64,000 nucleotides of DNA from Zancudomyces culisetae HAW-14-8 (taxonomy: Eukaryota; Fungi; Kickxellomycota), in contig JBNJNM010000011.1 in the NCBI GenBank assembly GCA_052426225.1, forward strand, positions 3,038,001-3,102,000, given 5' to 3'. The stretch's first letter is position 1, and every line of letters begins with the position of its first letter. The translations under genes and the position numbers were made by a program. Of this stretch, positions 60,768 through 64,000 are shown in pieces. The notes below the pieces were generated by a model. The model searched no databases. It was given only the letters and a program-made list of their open reading frames with translations, and had not been told where the DNA came from.

Positions 60768-61577
60768 ATGAAATATTCAAGAATCATACTGCAAACAGCA
60801 GGCATTTTTGCGCTGGCTGGAAATGCGCAAAAGTTTGGATCGGCATATTCTCTATGCCTAAGTTTATATGGACCTGGTAACTTTTTGGCACCAGATGGCT
60901 GTACAGTTTGTGCATGCTACGAGTACGGACCACGTTGTACAACCATGTACTGTGACGAAGGATATAACGCTGGAGATGTGTACAACCAACCAGTTGCCGA
61001 CGCTGTACCTGTAGATTATGCTAGTTCTCAACAAGTTGAACAAGAAGATGTTCAAGATAACGAGGATGTTCAAGATAACGAGGATGTTCAAGATAACGAG
61101 AATGTTCAAGATAACGAGAATGTTCAAGATAACGAGAATGTTCAAGATAACGAGGATGTTGAAGATAACGAAGATGTTCAAGACACCGAAAACGTTCAAG
61201 AGGCTGAGGATGTTCAAGGCGCTCAAATCGTTTTGGGATCAAGCCAGAGAGCCCTAGAGGCATCTGACGTTGACTCATGTGTTTCAGAATACGGCGCTGG
61301 GATGTTCCAAGCGAAAGATGGATGTAACTACTGTAAATGCATTAATGGATCCCTCAAATGCACCACTAAAGAATGCAAGGGTGCTAGAAAGATCGCAGGT
61401 AACGCTGAGCTTGCAGCTGAGCCGCTGATCGACGCCACTGCAAATACAGAAGACAGTATCAGAACCCACACAAGAATCCAAGTTCAAACAGAAACCGAGG
61501 ATCAGACAGAAACTCATGCCTCATCAAGAACCTGGACCCGTCAAAGAGGTGTGCACCATTTGACACGAAAAGCATAG
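60768..61577 (+). CDS. Secreted protein with 2 pacifastin-like domains separated by acidic hexapeptide repeats
   Basis: Signal peptide; domains CLSLYGPGNFLAPDGCTVCACYEYGPRCTTMYC and CVSEYGAGMFQAKDGCNYCKCINGSLKCTTKEC. Confidence 0.78.
   Translation: MKYSRIILQTAGIFALAGNAQKFGSAYSLCLSLYGPGNFLAPDGCTVCACYEYGPRCTTMYCDEGYNAGDVYNQPVADAVPVDYASSQQVEQEDVQDNEDVQDNEDVQDNENVQDNENVQDNENVQDNEDVEDNEDVQDTENVQEAEDVQGAQIVLGSSQRALEASDVDSCVSEYGAGMFQAKDGCNYCKCINGSLKCTTKECKGARKIAGNAELAAEPLIDATANTEDSIRTHTRIQVQTETEDQTETHASSRTWTRQRGVHHLTRKA
61044..61216 (+). repeat. 18-bp coding minisatellite (GAGGATGTTCAAGATAAC; E[D/N]VQDN), about 9-10 units
   Basis: Direct reading. Confidence 0.92.
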
Positions 61578-63139
61578 GATACTGCATTTACTACTCAGTA
61601 GAAAATTTTTGTCCACATAACAATGATATAGTGATATGTTTTTCTTATTTCCCTTTTGCAAAGTAGGTTCTACTTTTCACTTTACCCTTTCAATCACCCA
61701 GTTTAAAAGGGCCTCTAATATCACTGTATATTTGTTCTCCCTTTAAAAAAATACTATTGTGGATTTTTAACACAGATTCATACTGTTGCGCAACACCTAA
61801 CTGTCAAAAGTATGTGTCAATTATGTTGATATGGTTTACTTGATGATTTTTTTTTCAACCTTGCCAAAAAATACAAAAATAATAATAATGGGTGTATACT
61901 CAAGATAAACAAGCTAGGTGAGTGTATATTCAAGTTTAGTTGATGATATTTGAGCAGAGTTATCATATGTTTTGTCATGAAGGATATTCGTAGTATTTTT
62001 GCACAATTATGTGACTTCTCCTTTTCTCTGTAAAAAACATGGAAAAATCTTGAAGCAACCTTGTATCCCATACATGAACAAACCATATTTGAAAATCGGG
62101 TGCCTTTATGGTGTAGCTACAAAAGCGGATATGAAAAACTGATCAAATATATGCGTACTTCCTATTTGTTTTCATGCGAATATGTTTTTCTATTAGTTTT
62201 TCGTGGCAGATTAATCTGGTGTGTGCATTTTCCAATAAAAACAGGATTGAATGTCTAGGTGGTCTTTTCTAGATGCCCTTCAATAGAATTTTGTATTTAA
62301 TTTTGACTAGTATATTTACTAGAAACAAAAATTCTATTAAACATGATCTAGATTTTACATTTATTTGCTCTTTTTCCTCTAACCCAAATCCAACTCGAAT
62401 AAAAACAATTTACAGAAACAAAGTAAAAAAACTGATACGCACCAATGGTGCTAACTAAGTACAACTCGCTCAGTTCTAGATTTAGGCTAATATATCTTGT
62501 TGTTGTGGTTAGCAAACTTTTCATAAAAAGTAATATCAATGGGATGAAAATAATAACAGAGACAGTCAAAGCAATATAGGAACATTCCATATTGTTAATT
62601 GAGAGGGGAAAGTATACCAAATAACCTATTGATACCTAAAAATGTAATATTGTGACGAGGCTTTTGCCAGTTGCTAAAATCTCGCCAAAAATTATAATTC
62701 TACAAAATAAGCAAGCGAGTAGATAAATAGAACATCCCATTTTGAGAACTGACCCCTGGCATGAAACTATGCGTGAGTAGAAACCCCTTTAGCAGTGCAC
62801 TGTGATTGAGTACGCACATTAATCTGCAGCAAGCCATTGGGTGTAATTTAGGCAAAAGCGAGAATGCTTCTTTTAATATAAACTCCAAGGTTTGGTTTAT
62901 GGTTTATGGTTTAATAGGAAACAATATTAAGGTTCAATAGCTATAGTTATTAACAAAAACTGTTATATTCAACACAAAAAGTTTTGGGTATACAGTTCAT
63001 CTATAGATACTAAAAAGATACAGAGACTCTGAAATACTCAGATACTCGTTTCTTTGATAAAAGATTGATAAACTTAGTGTTAAATACTTGGTAAACAGCA
63101 AGAGAGAAGAGAAAAAAAGGGAAAAAATAACATAAAACG

Positions 63140-64000
63140 ATGGAGGTAAAGGATCCGTATTTTAAGAAAAGGTCAAATCTATACATAGACTTGCGAATAT
63201 GTTTGGTCGAGTTTATAGGCGTGGCAATATACACAATATGTGGATTGTGTATAACGTTGGTTATGAGTATTGATAACCACAAAAAAAGTATGTTAGAGAG
63301 TCCCGGTAAACTTAACGACAAAATAATGATATTGACCGGAGAATTGGGAGGTGTGGAAGTTAGTAGAAGAGGTATAAGCCTAAACAGTGGATTTGGGTGG
63401 GCAATTGGCACAATGATAGGAATGTACCTTCCTGTGGGGATATACAGAAACCATTTGAATCCCATTATTACGATATCAGCAGCAATATTCCGAAGATATC
63501 CATGGAGAAGAGTCCCAACAATGATTCTTGCGCAAATATTTGGTGTACTTGCAGGAATATTTGTAACGTACTCCAACTTTTCGTTGAAGTATTTAGATAA
63601 AACCACCAGTATTGGAAACAAGATTACTACAATTGGTGTTGCAACAAAGGCCAAGGGTGTCGCCGGCCTAGGAAAGCATTTCTATGCAAATGAGCTCCTC
63701 ACTGCTCCCCAGTTGGGAGAAACTGCGAAAACCGTGTTAACTAAAGCAAGTTCAACTGCAGCCAAGGTATGGCCTAGAATCCCAGTATCCATTAATGTAA
63801 AAATACAGGCGATCAAAGAAGGTGCTACTTCCACTACTTCCACCATCACTAGCGCAACTGCTACCGCAACCAATGCAGCAGTTAAGACGGGAGCTCGTGT
63901 GTTGGCGAATAACAAGGCAAAAGTGTTTGCGGGTACAAGACCATTTATAACACAATTTGGTGTAATGGGGGATTATTATGACAAGAGGATTTGGTTCATA
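63140..64000 (+). CDS. Divergent MIP-family aquaglyceroporin, 5' part; runs off the window and is absent from the ORF track
   Basis: Own translation: MEVKDPYFKK...CLVEFIGVAIY...GFGWAIGTMIGMY...NHLNPIITISAAIFRRYPWRRVPTMILAQIFGVLAG. This matches MIP TM1 (EFxG), the loop B NPA box and TM3 (AQxxG). Confidence 0.82.
   Translation, partial: MEVKDPYFKKRSNLYIDLRICLVEFIGVAIYTICGLCITLVMSIDNHKKSMLESPGKLNDKIMILTGELGGVEVSRRGISLNSGFGWAIGTMIGMYLPVGIYRNHLNPIITISAAIFRRYPWRRVPTMILAQIFGVLAGIFVTYSNFSLKYLDKTTSIGNKITTIGVATKAKGVAGLGKHFYANELLTAPQLGETAKTVLTKASSTAAKVWPRIPVSINVKIQAIKEGATSTTSTITSATATATNAAVKTGARVLANNKAKVFAGTRPFITQFGVMGDYYDKRIWFI

Overview
Gene-dense, AT-rich eukaryotic DNA with GT-AG introns, from a fungus. 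Ssb-type Hsp70, Pom152 and Mtc1 indicate fungi. A B12-dependent methylmalonyl-CoA mutase and a Rab14-like GTPase point to a non-Dikarya lineage; an arthropod-associated Zoopagomycota/Harpellales-like species is my guess, not proven. Genes in order: Ent3-like epsin, MIC60, SSB, POM152, two convergent 7TM-RGS paralogues, HIS5, RNA15/CSTF2, RPL11, a 12.8 kb three-layer nest of LINE retrotransposons, a TM-RING-H2 ligase, YPK1/gad8, Rab14-like, MAK16, secreted pacifastin-like protein 1, MTC1, methylmalonyl-CoA mutase, secreted pacifastin-like protein 2, and the 5' part of a divergent aquaglyceroporin. Highlights: (1) two secreted proteins with seven arthropod-type pacifastin-like protease-inhibitor domains in total; (2) an intact LINE inserted into a target site in the 5' end of a near-identical sibling, which itself sits inside an older LINE, with both target-site duplications (TSDs) readable, different 14-nt 5' tags and a partly covarying 3' RNA structure; (3) a sharp purine-to-pyrimidine strand-skew inversion inside the POM152 ORF. 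Exon boundaries were read by hand and no database searches were run.
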